Below, in pieces: positions 11,778 to 22,871 of a DNA stretch of 64,000 nt. Location of the stretch: contig CAVQTW010000028.1 of NCBI GenBank assembly GCA_963716705.1, positions 3,047 to 67,046 of the forward strand, in the 5' to 3' direction. The DNA is from an uncultured Alphaproteobacteria bacterium (GTDB lineage: Bacteria; Pseudomonadota; Alphaproteobacteria; Acetobacterales; Acetobacteraceae). The stretch's first letter is position 1, and the number at the start of each line of letters is the position of its first letter. The notes beneath the pieces were generated by a model. The model was not told the origin of the DNA, searched no databases, and saw only the letters and a program-made list of their open reading frames with translations. A program made the position numbers and the translations under genes.

Positions 11778-12738
11778 CAGTACCGGATCCTCGGATCGAG
11801 CAGGGTGTAGAGAGGTCGACCACGAGGTTGACCAGCACGTAGACGAAGCGAGAACAGCAGCACGACGCCCTGGATGACCGGGTAGTCGCGCCGCAGGATC
11901 GCATCGACCGTCAGCCGGCCGAGGCCGGGGATGGCGAACACGCTCTCGGTGACCACCACGCCGCCGATCAGCAGCGCGATGCCGATGCCGATGACGGTGA
12001 CGATCGGCACCGCGGCGTTCTTCAGCGCGTGCAGGAACAGGATGGTGCGCTGCGCCGACGCCCTTGGCGCGCGGCGGTGCGGATGTAGTCCTGCTGCAGC
12101 ACCTCGAGCATGGTGGCGCGGGTGATGCGCGCGATCAGCGCGATGTAGACGCATGCCCAGCGCGATCGGCGGGCAGGATCAGGTTCTCGCAGCCAGGGCC
12201 AGAGGCCCTGCCGAGAACGGCGTGTAGCCCTGCACCGGCAGCCAGTCGAGTTCCAGCGCGAAGACGTAGACCAGCAGGTAGCCGACCACGAACACCGGCA
12301 CCGAGAAGCCGAGCACGGCGAAGCCCATGACGCGGCGGTCGATCCAGGTGCCCGCCTTCCAGGCCGCGACGCACGCCCATGCGGGACGGCGATCGATGAC
12401 GGCGAGGATCAGCGTGACGACCATCAGCGACAGCGTCGGCTCGATGCGCTGCGCGATCAGCTGCGGTCACCGGCAGGTCGGTGAAGATCGAGATGCCGAG
12501 ATCGCCGTGCAGCGATGCGGCCACGACCACTCGCCGAACCGGACGAGAAACGGCCGGTCGAGGCCGAGGCTCTGCCGGATGCGCTCGACATCGTCGGGCG
12601 TCGCCTGGTCGCCGGCGATGACCGCGGCCGGATCGCCCGGCGCGATGTAGAGCAGGCTGAAGACGAACAGCGCGACGATCGCCATCACGGGGATGGTCGA
12701 GACGGCACTGCGGCGAGACGGACATGAAGGCCGAGCAT
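11777..12738 (-). CDS. ABC transporter permease (OppB/DppB), frameshifted; start approximate
   Basis: YIAPGDPA, LGLDRP, HALKNAAVP, ESVFAIPGLGRL, RDYPVIQG, LDPRIRY. Confidence 0.85.
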
Positions 12739-12774
12739 GCGATGATCGGGCGTCGCCGCGTCCGTCAGTGCAGT

Positions 12775-14402
12775 TCAGGCCTTGGAGACGCCCCAGAAGA
12801 ACGGCAGCGGCCGCCTTCTGGACGCCCGGCACGACGTTGCCGCGCCAGGCCGGTGTAGCGCCAGGAAGAAGCCGGTCGGCGCAGTAGACGACGTCTTCCA
12901 TGCGCGGCCTTGTTGAGCCGGCCCATCGCCGCCTTCTCTTCCTCGAGCGTTCTTGGCGTCGAACCAGCCGTCGATCTCCTTCTCGACCTCCGGGCTGTCG
13001 GGCCAGCCGAACCAGGCCTTGTCGCCGGTGCCGCGCACCGCGTTGTAGGAGGCCGGGTTCACGCAGTCGGCGCCGGCGTGCCAGGTGTGGAACATGCCCC
13101 AGCCACCCTGGCCCGGCGGCGTTCTTCGATGCGCGGCGCTGGCCCGACGGTGCCCCAGTCGGTCGCGACGAAATCGACATTCATGCCGAGCTGCTTGAGC
13201 AGGTCGGCGGTGACGTCGCCCATGCGTCTTGGTGATCGGCTGGTCCTGCGCGACGAGGCAGGTGACGGGCTGGTCGGTGTAGCCGCTCTCGGCCAGCAGC
13301 TTCTTGGCGCGCGTCGAGGTCGCGCGGCCCTTCAGGATGTCGCCGCCGACCTCGGTGTAGAGCGGCGTGCCCGGCGTGAAGAAGCCCGGCAGCGGCTTCC
13401 ACAGGCTGTCGTCGTCGCCGACGACGGCGCGCATGTAGTCTTCCTGGCTCAGCGCCATCAGCACGGCCTGGCGCACCTTCACGTTGTTGAAGGGCGGGTG
13501 CAGGTGGTTCATGCGGAACGCGCCGATGTTGCCGAGCGGATCGGCGATGTCGACGCTTGATGTTGCGGTTGCGCTTGAGCACCGGGACGAGGTCGGAGAT
13601 CGGCGTTCTCCCACCAGTCGATCTCGCCGTTCTGCAGCGCGGCGGAGGCGGTCGCCGGATCGGGCATGATCATCCATTCGACGCGGTCGACCAGCATCTT
13701 CTTGCCGCCGGCGAGCCAGGAGGCGGGCTCGTCGCGCGGCACGTAGTCGGCGAACTTCTCGAACACCGCCGTGCGCGCCGGGCACCCATTCGTTGCGCGA
13801 CGAACTTCATCGGGCCGGAGCCGATATACTCGGTGATCTGCTGTGAACGGATCGGTCTTGCGCGATGCGCTCCGGCATGATGAAGCAGCAGGGCGTGTTG
13901 TTCTTGCCGAGCGCCGAGCAGCATCTTGGGGAAGGGCTGCTTCAGCGCCCATTTGACGGTGCGTGTCGTCGACCGCCGTCGAGCTCCTTCTGGATGGCCT
14001 TGATCATCTGGCCCATCGGGTCGCGCGCCGACCAGCGCGTGATGCGAGGCCACCACGTCCTTCGCCAGCACCGGCTCGCCATCATGGAAGCTGCAGGCCC
14101 GGGCGCAGGCTGAAGGTCCAGATCAGGCCGTCGGCGCGAGACGTTCCTCGCCCTCGACCATCTGGCGCTGCGGCGTCGAGCGTGCTGTCGACGCCATAGA
14201 GCGTGTCCCACACCATCGCCGAGGCGTTGCGCACGACATACTGCGTGCCCCAGATCGGGTCGAAATTGGCCAGGTTCGCCTGCGGCACGAAGCGCAGCGT
14301 GCGCGCATTGGCACCCTGTGAGAGCGCCGGCGCGGGCATTCCGCCCGCCGCACCGAGAGCGGCGACACCTGCACCCGCCTTCAGGAAATTCCTGCGATCC
14401 AT
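12775..14402 (-). CDS. Family 5 ABC solute-binding protein with Tat signal (paralogue 1), frameshifted
   Basis: MDRRNFLK twin-arginine motif; FVPQANLANFDPIW, DRVEW, NHLHPPF, AWFGWP. Confidence 0.88.
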
Positions 14403-14545
14403 CCAACATCTCCCTTGAACCGCGCCGGCAGGCATTGCCTGCTCTGATCGCAGTCAGATTGCATCAAAAATAGGCTTGCTACCAGCACCCCACCGAGCAC
14501 TGCCGCCTTGCCGGGGACCAAGGACGATCCCGCGGCGTCGAGGCC

Positions 14546-14562
14546 TGCACGAGCCGTGCCAG
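14546..14562 (-). promoter_or_regulatory. Candidate sigma54 (-24/-12) promoter for the transporter operon
   Basis: Minus strand CTGGCACGGCTCGTGCA: GG-N10-GC spacing with the TGGCACG core, one mismatch at the -12 element. Confidence 0.35.
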
Positions 14563-14572
14563 GAGCGGCCGC

Positions 14573-16165
14573 TTATCCCTTGGTGATATTCCAGAACACC
14601 GTCGCCGGCGCGCGGAACACGCCCGTGACGTTGCGCCGCCAGGCCGAGGGCTGCCAATAGAAGCCCAGGGGAATGTAGTACATCTCCTCCAGCGCCTTGC
14701 GGTTCAACTGCTCGGCGATGCGGCGGCCCTCGGCCGGGTCGCCGCCCTTCTCCACCCATTCGCCGCGCAGGCGCTCGATCTCCGGCACGTCAGGCCAGCC
14801 GAACCACGCACGTGGCCCATTGGCGCGCAGGAACAGGTGGAACACCGGCAGTGCCAGCGACTGCCCGGAGGAGGTGGTGTGGAACACGCTCCAGCCGCCA
14901 TTCTCGACCGGCTCCTTGCTGGCGCGGCGCTGCACCAGCGTGCCCCAGTCGGTCGAGACGAATTCGAGGTTCATGCCGATCCGCCGCAGGACGTCCGCCG
15001 TGACCAGCGACAGCGCGTTGATCTGCGGATAGTCGCCCGGCGCGATCTGCACGACCTTCTCGCCATTGTAGCCGGCCGCGGCCAGCGCGGCCTTCGCGCG
15101 CTCAATGTTGCGCGTCTGGAGAACTTCGCTGCCCACCTCGTTGGCAAGCGGTGTCCCGCAGGCGAACACGCCCTCGCACACGCCCCAGTCATTGGGGTCG
15201 TCGCCGGCGACCGAGCGCAGGTAGTCGCGCTGGTCCACCGCCATGGCGACGGCGCGGCGGATGGCGGGGTTGTTGAAGGGCGGCTGCAGCGTGTTGAAGC
15301 GGCAGATACCGTAGGTGCCATCGAGCAGGCGCTGTTCCACCACCACCCCGCGTGAGCGGCGCAGCAGGGGCAGCAGGTCGTGCAGCGGGTATTCCCAGTA
15401 GTCCTGCTCGCCCTGCGTCATCGCCGCCGCGCTGGTCGCGGGATCGGTGATGATGGTCCATTCCACGCGGTCGATGCGCGGCACGCGGCCACCCGCCAGG
15501 CCGTCCACCGGCTCCTGGCGCGGCACGTAGCGGTCGTTGCGCTCCCACACGGCCTTCTGGCCGGGGTTCCATTCGTCGCGCATGAAGCGGAAGGGGCCGG
15601 AGCCGACCGTCTCCCGCATCTGGGTGAAGGCATCCGTGCTGGCAATGCGCTCAGGCATCACGAAGCAGGGGAACTGCGTCTGGCCCAGGGCCAGGATCAG
15701 CAGCGGCGTCGGGCGGTGCAGGCGGAAGCGGAAGCGGCGGTCGTCCATCGCCTCGATCGTCGCGACATTGGGCCACAGCACCTGCATGAACGGGTCGCGC
15801 TTCGCCCAGCGATTGATCGAGGCCACGCAATCCTTGGCCAGCACCTTCTCGCCATCGTGGAAGAACAGGTTCTCGCGCAGCGTGAAGGTCCAGGTCAGCC
15901 CGTCCTGGGAGGTATCCCAGCCCTGGGCCATCTGCGGCCGGATCGCGCCCGATGCATCCTGCGCGCAGATCTGGTCGTAGATCATGAAGGCGTGGTTGCG
16001 TGTCACCACCGCGGTCGTCCAGACCGGGTCGAGGCTGGTCAGATTGGCCTGCGGGATGACGCGCAGCGTGCGCGCGGCCGCCCCCTGCGACAGCGCGGGC
16101 GCGCCCGGCAGGCTGGTGGCCGCGGCAGCCGCCGCGGCACCGGAGAGGAAGGTTCTGCGTTCCAT
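14573..16165 (-). CDS. Family 5 ABC solute-binding protein with Tat signal (paralogue 2)
   Basis: MERRTFLS; PQANLTSLDPVWTT; intact 530-aa ORF. Confidence 0.92.
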   Translation of the reverse strand: MERRTFLSGAAAAAAATSLPGAPALSQGAAARTLRVIPQANLTSLDPVWTTAVVTRNHAFMIYDQICAQDASGAIRPQMAQGWDTSQDGLTWTFTLRENLFFHDGEKVLAKDCVASINRWAKRDPFMQVLWPNVATIEAMDDRRFRFRLHRPTPLLILALGQTQFPCFVMPERIASTDAFTQMRETVGSGPFRFMRDEWNPGQKAVWERNDRYVPRQEPVDGLAGGRVPRIDRVEWTIITDPATSAAAMTQGEQDYWEYPLHDLLPLLRRSRGVVVEQRLLDGTYGICRFNTLQPPFNNPAIRRAVAMAVDQRDYLRSVAGDDPNDWGVCEGVFACGTPLANEVGSEVLQTRNIERAKAALAAAGYNGEKVVQIAPGDYPQINALSLVTADVLRRIGMNLEFVSTDWGTLVQRRASKEPVENGGWSVFHTTSSGQSLALPVFHLFLRANGPRAWFGWPDVPEIERLRGEWVEKGGDPAEGRRIAEQLNRKALEEMYYIPLGFYWQPSAWRRNVTGVFRAPATVFWNITKG

Positions 16166-16195
16166 GACTGCGTATCTCCGATGCCGCGGCGCCGA

Positions 16196-17788
16196 TCAGC
16201 CGCGCTTGATGTTCCAGAACATGGCGAAGCCCTGGACCCGGTCCTTCAGGTCCTTCCGCAGCGAGGTCATCGACATGTACGACCCGAGCGGAATGTAGGA
16301 GACCTCATCCAGCGCCACGCGCTGCATCTCGCGCGCGATCCGCTTCTGCGCATCGAGGTCCGGTGCGACGAACCATTCGTTGCGCAGCGTCTCCAGCTGC
16401 GGGATCGACGGCCAGCCGAACCACGCGCCCGTGCCGTTGCCGCGCAACGGATAGTGCCCGGACGGGTCGAGGAAGTCGAAGGAGGCGAAGGCCGTGCAGA
16501 AGGCCGACCAGCCGCCCTTGTCCAGCGGTTCGCGGCTCGCGCGGCGCTGCACCACCGTGCCCCAGTCCGACAGCGCGGGGTCGAGGTTCACACCAAGGCG
16601 GCGGAACATGTCCACGCCCACCTGCGTCATCGCCGTCGGGGCGAGGATATCGGTCGAGCCGATCTGGCGGATCAGCTGGTCGGTGTAGCCGGCCTCGCGC
16701 AGCAGCGCCTTGGCGCGGTCGATGCTGCGCGGGCCGTTCAGCACGCCCATGCCTTCGTCGTTCGCCAGCGGCGTGCCCGGCGTGAACACGCCCGTGCCGG
16801 TGCGGAACATCGATGGGTCGGTGCCCACGATGGCCATCATGTAGTCCTGCTGGTTCACCGCGGGCAGCAGGGCCTGGCGCATCTTCTTGTCGTTGAAGGG
16901 CGGGTGCAGGTGGTTCAGCCGCATGATGCCGATCAGCGGATTGGGGTCGATCGCCTCGATGGAGATGTCGCGCGAGCGCTTGAGCAGCTCCTGGATTTCC
17001 GGCGGCGGCTGCTCGTACCAGTCGATCTCGCCGGTCTGCAGCGCACCGGCCGAGGTCGAGGCATCGGTGATGATGTTCCATTCGACACGGTCGAAATGCA
17101 CGATCTTGGGCCCGGCGGTCATGCCCCGCGCAGCAACCGGCGTCGGGCTGTAGTCGGGGTTCTTCTCGTACACCACGAGGCTGCCGGAATTGAACTCATC
17201 CGCCTTGAAGCGGAACGGGCCGGAGCCGATCGTCTCGCGGATCTGGGTGAACGGGTCGGTCATCGCGATCCGCTCGGGCATGATGAACGGGATAGGCGCG
17301 CCAAGGTTGCCCAGCGCCTGCGTCAGCAGCGGGAAGGGCCGCTTGAGGGTGAAGCGCAGGCGGCGGTCGTCGAGCGCCGAGAGATCATCGGTGAAGGTCG
17401 CGAGCTGCTGGCCCATCGGGCTGCGGCGCATCCAGCGCTTGAGGCTGGCCACGCAATCCTTCGCGCGCACCGGTTCGCCGTCGTGGAACTTCGGCCCCTG
17501 GCGCAGCGTGACGGTGGCGATCTTGCCGCCATCCTCGAAGGTGATGCCCTCGGCCATCTGCGGCTGCGGCTTGAAGTCGCCATCGATCCCGAACAACGTG
17601 TCGTAGATCATGTAGCCGTGGTTGCGCGTGATGTAGGCGGTGGTCCAGATCGGGTCGAGCACCGCGAGGTTGGCCTGCGGCACGAACTTCAGCACCCGCG
17701 AACGCGCGGATTGCGCCAGCGCCGCGCGCGGCATGGCGGATGCCGCACCGACCGCCGCGGAGACCTTCAACAGGTCGCGTCGTTGCAT
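16196..17788 (-). CDS. Family 5 ABC solute-binding protein with Tat signal (paralogue 3)
   Basis: MQRRDLLK; FVPQANLAVLDPIWTT; intact ORF. Confidence 0.92.
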   Translation of the reverse strand: MQRRDLLKVSAAVGAASAMPRAALAQSARSRVLKFVPQANLAVLDPIWTTAYITRNHGYMIYDTLFGIDGDFKPQPQMAEGITFEDGGKIATVTLRQGPKFHDGEPVRAKDCVASLKRWMRRSPMGQQLATFTDDLSALDDRRLRFTLKRPFPLLTQALGNLGAPIPFIMPERIAMTDPFTQIRETIGSGPFRFKADEFNSGSLVVYEKNPDYSPTPVAARGMTAGPKIVHFDRVEWNIITDASTSAGALQTGEIDWYEQPPPEIQELLKRSRDISIEAIDPNPLIGIMRLNHLHPPFNDKKMRQALLPAVNQQDYMMAIVGTDPSMFRTGTGVFTPGTPLANDEGMGVLNGPRSIDRAKALLREAGYTDQLIRQIGSTDILAPTAMTQVGVDMFRRLGVNLDPALSDWGTVVQRRASREPLDKGGWSAFCTAFASFDFLDPSGHYPLRGNGTGAWFGWPSIPQLETLRNEWFVAPDLDAQKRIAREMQRVALDEVSYIPLGSYMSMTSLRKDLKDRVQGFAMFWNIKRG

Positions 17789-17879
17789 AATTGAACTCCC
17801 AGCTTTTTTGCTCCCACCGGGATCAGACCAGCACGGGAGCACCTCTGCAACCCTTGACACCGCACATGCGAAGTGAGCG

Positions 17880-19470
17880 TCAGCCGCGCTGGAGGTTCCA
17901 GAACACCGGCAGCCCCTTCAGCACGCCGGAGATGCCGCGCCGATATGCAGTCGCCTGGAAGTACTGGCCCAGCGGCAGATAGGGCGCCTCGCGCAGCGCC
18001 TCAGCCTGGATCTCGCGGGCAACGCGCTGCTCGGTGGCGGGATCGGCGGCGTCCAGCCAGTCGGCACGAAGCGCTTCCATGCGCGGCATGGTGGGCCAGC
18101 CGAACCAAGCGCTCTCTCCCGTGCCACGCAGGGATTGATGAACGCCCGGGTTGAACATGTCGAGCCCGGACCACAGGGTGAAGAACATGTTCCAGCCGCC
18201 CTGCGCCGGCGCCGCGCGGGAGGACCGCCGGCGTACCAGCGCCGACCATTCGTCGCTGACCAGGTCCACATCCATGCCGACGCGGCCCAGCATCTCGGCG
18301 CCCACGCGGGCCAGGGCGGCCAGCGCGGGGATATCGGTGGGCGAGAGCAGGACCACCTTCTCCCCGCCATAGCCCGCCTCCGACAATTCGCGCTTCACCT
18401 TTTCGGCGTCGCGCTGCCCATTGAGCGCGGTCAGGCCCTCATCGTTCGCGAGCGGCGTGCCCGGCGGGAAAACACCGATATCGCCACGCCACAGGCTCCG
18501 GTCGGTCCCTACCACCGCCGCCATGAAGGCGGGCTGGTCCAATACGCCGAGCAATGCGCGCCGGATCGGCGCGCGGTCGAAGGGCGGATGCAGGTGGTTG
18601 AACCGCGCGATGCCGATATAGCCATTGGGGTCGAGGACCTCCATGACCACCGCGCGATTCTCGGCGCAGGCCCGCCTGCAGCGCGATTCCCGGGTTCTCC
18701 CACCAGTCGACCTCGCCCGCTTCGAGGGCCGCGGCCGCACGCGCCGGATCGGCGATGACATGCCATTCGACGCGCTGGAAATGCGCCCGCTTGGGCCCGG
18801 CGGTCCAGGTGGCGCTGCCCATCGGGCGTGGGACATAGCCGCTGAAGCGTTCATAGGCGATGCGACTGCCCGCGACATGGTCGCCGGCCATGAAGCGATA
18901 GGGCCCGCTGCCCACGATCTCGCTCACCGCGCGCGTGGGTTCCGTCGCCGCCAGGCGCTCTGGCATGATGAAGCAGACCGGCGGCGAGGGCTTGGCCAAC
19001 GCATAGAGCAAGGGCGGGAAGGGCCGCGAGAGCCGGAACAGGATGGTGCGCTCGTCCGGTGCCGAGAGTTCCTCGGTGCGCGTCAGCAGCGCCTGGCCCA
19101 GCGCATCGCGCGCCGCCCAGCGGCGGATGGAGGCGATGCAGTCGGCGGCGCGCACCACCTCGCCATCGTGGAACTTCAGCCCTTCGCGCAGGCGGATCGT
19201 CACGCGCTTTCCGTCCTGCTCCACAGTGTGGCCTTCGGCCATCTGCGGTTCGGCCAGGTAGTCCTGGTTCACGCCATACAGCGTGTCCCATACGGCATAG
19301 CCGTGCTGGCGCGTGGCGGCGGAGGTGTTGACAATGGGGTCGAGCCCGGCGGGTGCCGCCTGCGGAACGAATTTCAGCACCTGGGGGGCGCCGGAGGTGC
19401 CCTGCCCGAGCGCCGGGCGTGCCCCCAGCGCGGCGGCCGCCGCGCCGGCAAGGATGTGGCGTCGTTGCAT
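17880..19470 (-). CDS. Family 5 ABC solute-binding protein with Tat signal (paralogue 4), one frameshift near 18660
   Basis: MQRRHILA...EVDWWENP in one frame, continuing as VVMEVLDPNGY...FWNLQRG in another. Confidence 0.85.
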
Positions 19471-19584
19471 GGCGTTCCTCCGGGGTGCCGGCGCGGCACG
19501 CGGCGCGCCCGGCGGGCCCTCTGGAGCAGAAGCGCCGGCGCCATGCAAGGGAGTCCTTCACCCTCCCCTGCACGGCGCGGCGCG

Positions 19585-21174
19585 TCAGGCGCGCCGGACG
19601 TTCCAGAACACCGGCGGGCCCTTCAGGATGCCGGTGATGGAGCGCCGATAGGCGGTCGGCTGGAAATACTGTCCGGTCGGCACGTAGGGCACGGTCTCGA
19701 AGGCGATGCGCTGCATCTCCCGCGTCGCGGCCTTGGCGGCGGTCTCGTTCGGCGCGTCGAACCAGGCGTCGCGCTGGACTTCCAGTTCGGGGATGGTCGG
19801 CCAGCCGAACCAGGCTTCCCGGCCATGGCCGCGGATCGCGTTGTGGCCGGCCGGGTTCCAATGGTCGATGCCCGACCAGAACGTGAAGAAGGCCGACCAG
19901 CCGCCCTTGTCGATCGGCTCGCGGCTCGCGCGGCGCTGCACCAGCGTGCCCCAGTCGGTGCCGACATAATCCACGTCGAAGCCCATGCGGCGGAACAGGT
20001 CCGCACCCACCAGGCCGCAGGCGTTGATGGAGGCGAGGTCGGTCGCGTTGAGCAGCACCAGCTTCGCACCCATCGCGCCGGCCGCCTGCAATTCGGCGCG
20101 CGCCTGCTCGATGCTCTCCTTGTAGGCATCGAGCCCGACATCGGAGGCGAAGGGCGAGGCGGGGGCGAAGAAGCCCACCTTGTCGCGCTTCAACTGCGGG
20201 TCGTTGCCGATCACCGCCGTCATCATGTCCATCTGCTTGAGCGCGGTCATCACCGCGCGGCGCACCGCGGGGTTGTTGAACGGCTCGGTGGTGTGGTTGG
20301 GGCGGAAGGTGCCGATCAGGCCCATCGGGTCCGCCACCTCGACATTCACGCCGCGGTTGCGCGCCAGCAGTTGCAGCAGGTCGGCGGTCGGCTGTTCCCA
20401 CCAATCCACCTCACCCGCCTGCAGCGCGGCGGAGGCGGTGCCGGCATCGGGGATGATGTTCCATTCCACGCGCTCGAAATGCGGGATCTTCTGCCCCGCG
20501 GTGTTGCGCGCCGGGCCGGCATTGGGGTTGGGCGTCCAGTTCGGGTTGCGCGCCCAGACCGCCTTGCTGCCGGGCACCCATTCGTCGCGCACGAAGCGGA
20601 AGGGGCCGCAGCCGGTGGTGTCGGTGATCTGCGTGAAGGCGTCGGTATTCGCCACGCGCTCGGGCATGATGAACAGGCAGGGCGTGGTGACCTTCGCGAA
20701 GGCATCGAGCAGCATCGGGAAGGGCTTCTTGAGCCGGATCTGGAAGCGGCGGTCATCGAGCGCCGTCATCTCGTCCATCTGCAAGGCGAGGCGCTGGCCG
20801 AAGGCGTCGCGCTTGGACCAGCGGTTGATCGAGGCCACCACGTCGCGCGCGCGCACCGGCTCGCCATCGTCGAACCGCATGCCTTCGCGCAGGGTGAAGG
20901 TCCAGCGCTTGCCGTCATCCTCGACCACATGCCCGGCCGCACCCTGCGGATGCACCTTGTAGTCGTCGTCCACGCCATAGAGCTGTTCGTAGATCATGTA
21001 GGCGTGGTTGCGGGCGATGTAGGCGGTGGTCCAGAACGGATCGATCGTCGAGAGGTTCGCCTGCGGGACGAATTTCAGCACCCGCGCATTGGCGGGCTGC
21101 GCGAGGGAGGCGCGCGGCACGGCGGCCGCGGAGGCGGCGAGCGCCGCACCTGCCAGGAGGTCGCGTCGGAACAT
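19585..21174 (-). CDS. Family 5 ABC solute-binding protein with Tat signal (paralogue 5)
   Basis: MFRRDLLA; FVPQANLSTIDPFWTT; intact 529-aa ORF. Confidence 0.92.
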   Translation of the reverse strand: MFRRDLLAGAALAASAAAVPRASLAQPANARVLKFVPQANLSTIDPFWTTAYIARNHAYMIYEQLYGVDDDYKVHPQGAAGHVVEDDGKRWTFTLREGMRFDDGEPVRARDVVASINRWSKRDAFGQRLALQMDEMTALDDRRFQIRLKKPFPMLLDAFAKVTTPCLFIMPERVANTDAFTQITDTTGCGPFRFVRDEWVPGSKAVWARNPNWTPNPNAGPARNTAGQKIPHFERVEWNIIPDAGTASAALQAGEVDWWEQPTADLLQLLARNRGVNVEVADPMGLIGTFRPNHTTEPFNNPAVRRAVMTALKQMDMMTAVIGNDPQLKRDKVGFFAPASPFASDVGLDAYKESIEQARAELQAAGAMGAKLVLLNATDLASINACGLVGADLFRRMGFDVDYVGTDWGTLVQRRASREPIDKGGWSAFFTFWSGIDHWNPAGHNAIRGHGREAWFGWPTIPELEVQRDAWFDAPNETAAKAATREMQRIAFETVPYVPTGQYFQPTAYRRSITGILKGPPVFWNVRRA

Positions 21175-21344
21175 AAGGTGTGTCTCCGTGGGTGAAGCCG
21201 CACGATGCTAGAGCATTCCCGGCCCAGGTGGAATCACCTGCATGCGATGCCGGCCCGGCAGAACGCGCTGTCCCGCACAGCGCATGGCCGACCTCGCAGA
21301 CCGTGCTGGACCGGACGCTGCCCTGGCGGTCCGGGCGCCGTTCC

Positions 21345-22871
21345 TCAGTAGCCGGTCGGGCGGTGGCCGAAACCGGGCGCCGCCACCTCCGCGGTATCGA
21401 TCCACACCGCCTTGGATTGCGTCAGTTCCGCCAGCGCCTCTGCCCCGGATGAGCGCCCATAGCCCGAGGCGCCAAACCCGCCGAAGGGCACCGACACATG
21501 GATGGTGCGGTAGCCATTCACCCAGAAGGTCCCGGCACGCACCGCTGCCGCGACACGGTGCGCGCGCGCGACATCACGCGTCCAGACCGCGCCAGCCAGG
21601 CCGAAGCGTGTGGAATTCGCGAGCGCGATCGCCTCCGCCTCGTCGTCGAAGGGGATGGCGGCGACGACAGGGCCGAAGATTTCCTCCTGCGCCGGGCGTG
21701 CTTCGTTGGACAGGCCGGCCAGCACCGTGGGCGGCACCCAGAAGCCCTCCGCCGGCAGCCCCGCAGGTGGCGGCGCGGCCAGCACCTGCGCTCCGGCCGA
21801 GGCGCCCTCCCCGATCAGCGCCCGCACATGCTCGAACTGCCGGGCGGTCGCGACCGGGCCCATCTCGGTGGCGGCATCGAGTGGGTCGCCGATCCGGATG
21901 CGCGCTGCAGCCTCGGCCAGCGCGGCAACGAACCGGTCATGCGCCGAGCGTTGCACCAGCAGGCGCGACCCCGCCACGCAGGACTGCCCGGCGCCGGCAA
22001 AGATCGCCTGCTGCGCGCCCTGCACCGCGGCCGCGAAATCTGCGTCGTCGAACACGATGTTGGCGGACTTGCCGCCGAGTTCCAGCACGCAGGGGATGGT
22101 CCGTGCCGCACAGGCCGCCGCCACCGCCGCACCGGAGGGCGGGCCGCCCACGAACACCACCTTCGCCACCTCCGGCGCCGCCAGCAGCGCCGCGCCGGTA
22201 CCCTGCCCCGGCCCGCAGACCACCTGCACGAGGCCGCGCGGCAGCCCGGCCTCGATGCACAGGCGCCCCAGCGCGAGCGAGGTCAGCGGCGTGAATTCGG
22301 AAGGCTTCAGCACCACCGCATTGCCCGCCGCCAGCGCGGGAAACACGTTCCATCCGGCGGTGAACAGCGGCGCATTCCAGGGTGTCACGGCCAGCACCAC
22401 GCCAAAGGGCTCGCGGCGGATGATGACCGTATGGCCGGACGGAACCGGGACGGTGCGGCCCTCGATCTTGTCGCACCAGCCGGCCCAGTATTCGGCCATC
22501 TCGGCCACGCGCGCCGCCTCGCCACGGGCATCGCGCAGCGGTTTGCCCGATTGCGCGGATTCGAGGCGCGCCAGCATCTCCGTGTCGCGGCGCACCAGCG
22601 CGCCCACGGCGTAGAGCCGCCGGCCGCGCTCGGCGGCGGGCAGCGCCACCCATTCGCGCTGCGCGCGCGCGGCGCCGACGCACGCGGCGGATGCCAGCGC
22701 GGCATCGGCGGCGGCATAGTCGAGCAGCGGCGCACCGGTGGCCGGGTCGGTAAGGGCGACGCGGACCGCGCGGCCTTCGACCATCTCGCCATCCACCAGG
22801 CTGCCCACGCGCCCGCCGAGCAGCGCCGCGACGCCCTCATCGAGCACCTGCCGTGCGATGAAGCCGGTCAT
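21345..22871 (-). CDS. Aldehyde dehydrogenase family protein
   Basis: VTPWNAP, LKPSEFTP, LELGGKS, catalytic GQSCVAG, EEIFGPV; start MTGFIARQ overlaps the upstream stop. Confidence 0.92.
   Translation of the reverse strand: MTGFIARQVLDEGVAALLGGRVGSLVDGEMVEGRAVRVALTDPATGAPLLDYAAADAALASAACVGAARAQREWVALPAAERGRRLYAVGALVRRDTEMLARLESAQSGKPLRDARGEAARVAEMAEYWAGWCDKIEGRTVPVPSGHTVIIRREPFGVVLAVTPWNAPLFTAGWNVFPALAAGNAVVLKPSEFTPLTSLALGRLCIEAGLPRGLVQVVCGPGQGTGAALLAAPEVAKVVFVGGPPSGAAVAAACAARTIPCVLELGGKSANIVFDDADFAAAVQGAQQAIFAGAGQSCVAGSRLLVQRSAHDRFVAALAEAAARIRIGDPLDAATEMGPVATARQFEHVRALIGEGASAGAQVLAAPPPAGLPAEGFWVPPTVLAGLSNEARPAQEEIFGPVVAAIPFDDEAEAIALANSTRFGLAGAVWTRDVARAHRVAAAVRAGTFWVNGYRTIHVSVPFGGFGASGYGRSSGAEALAELTQSKAVWIDTAEVAAPGFGHRPTGY

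Noticed and set aside
15380-21195. Very long plus-strand ORFs (804 aa and 856 aa)
   Set aside because: Stop-poor antisense frames of the high-GC SBP genes, with no recognisable motifs.
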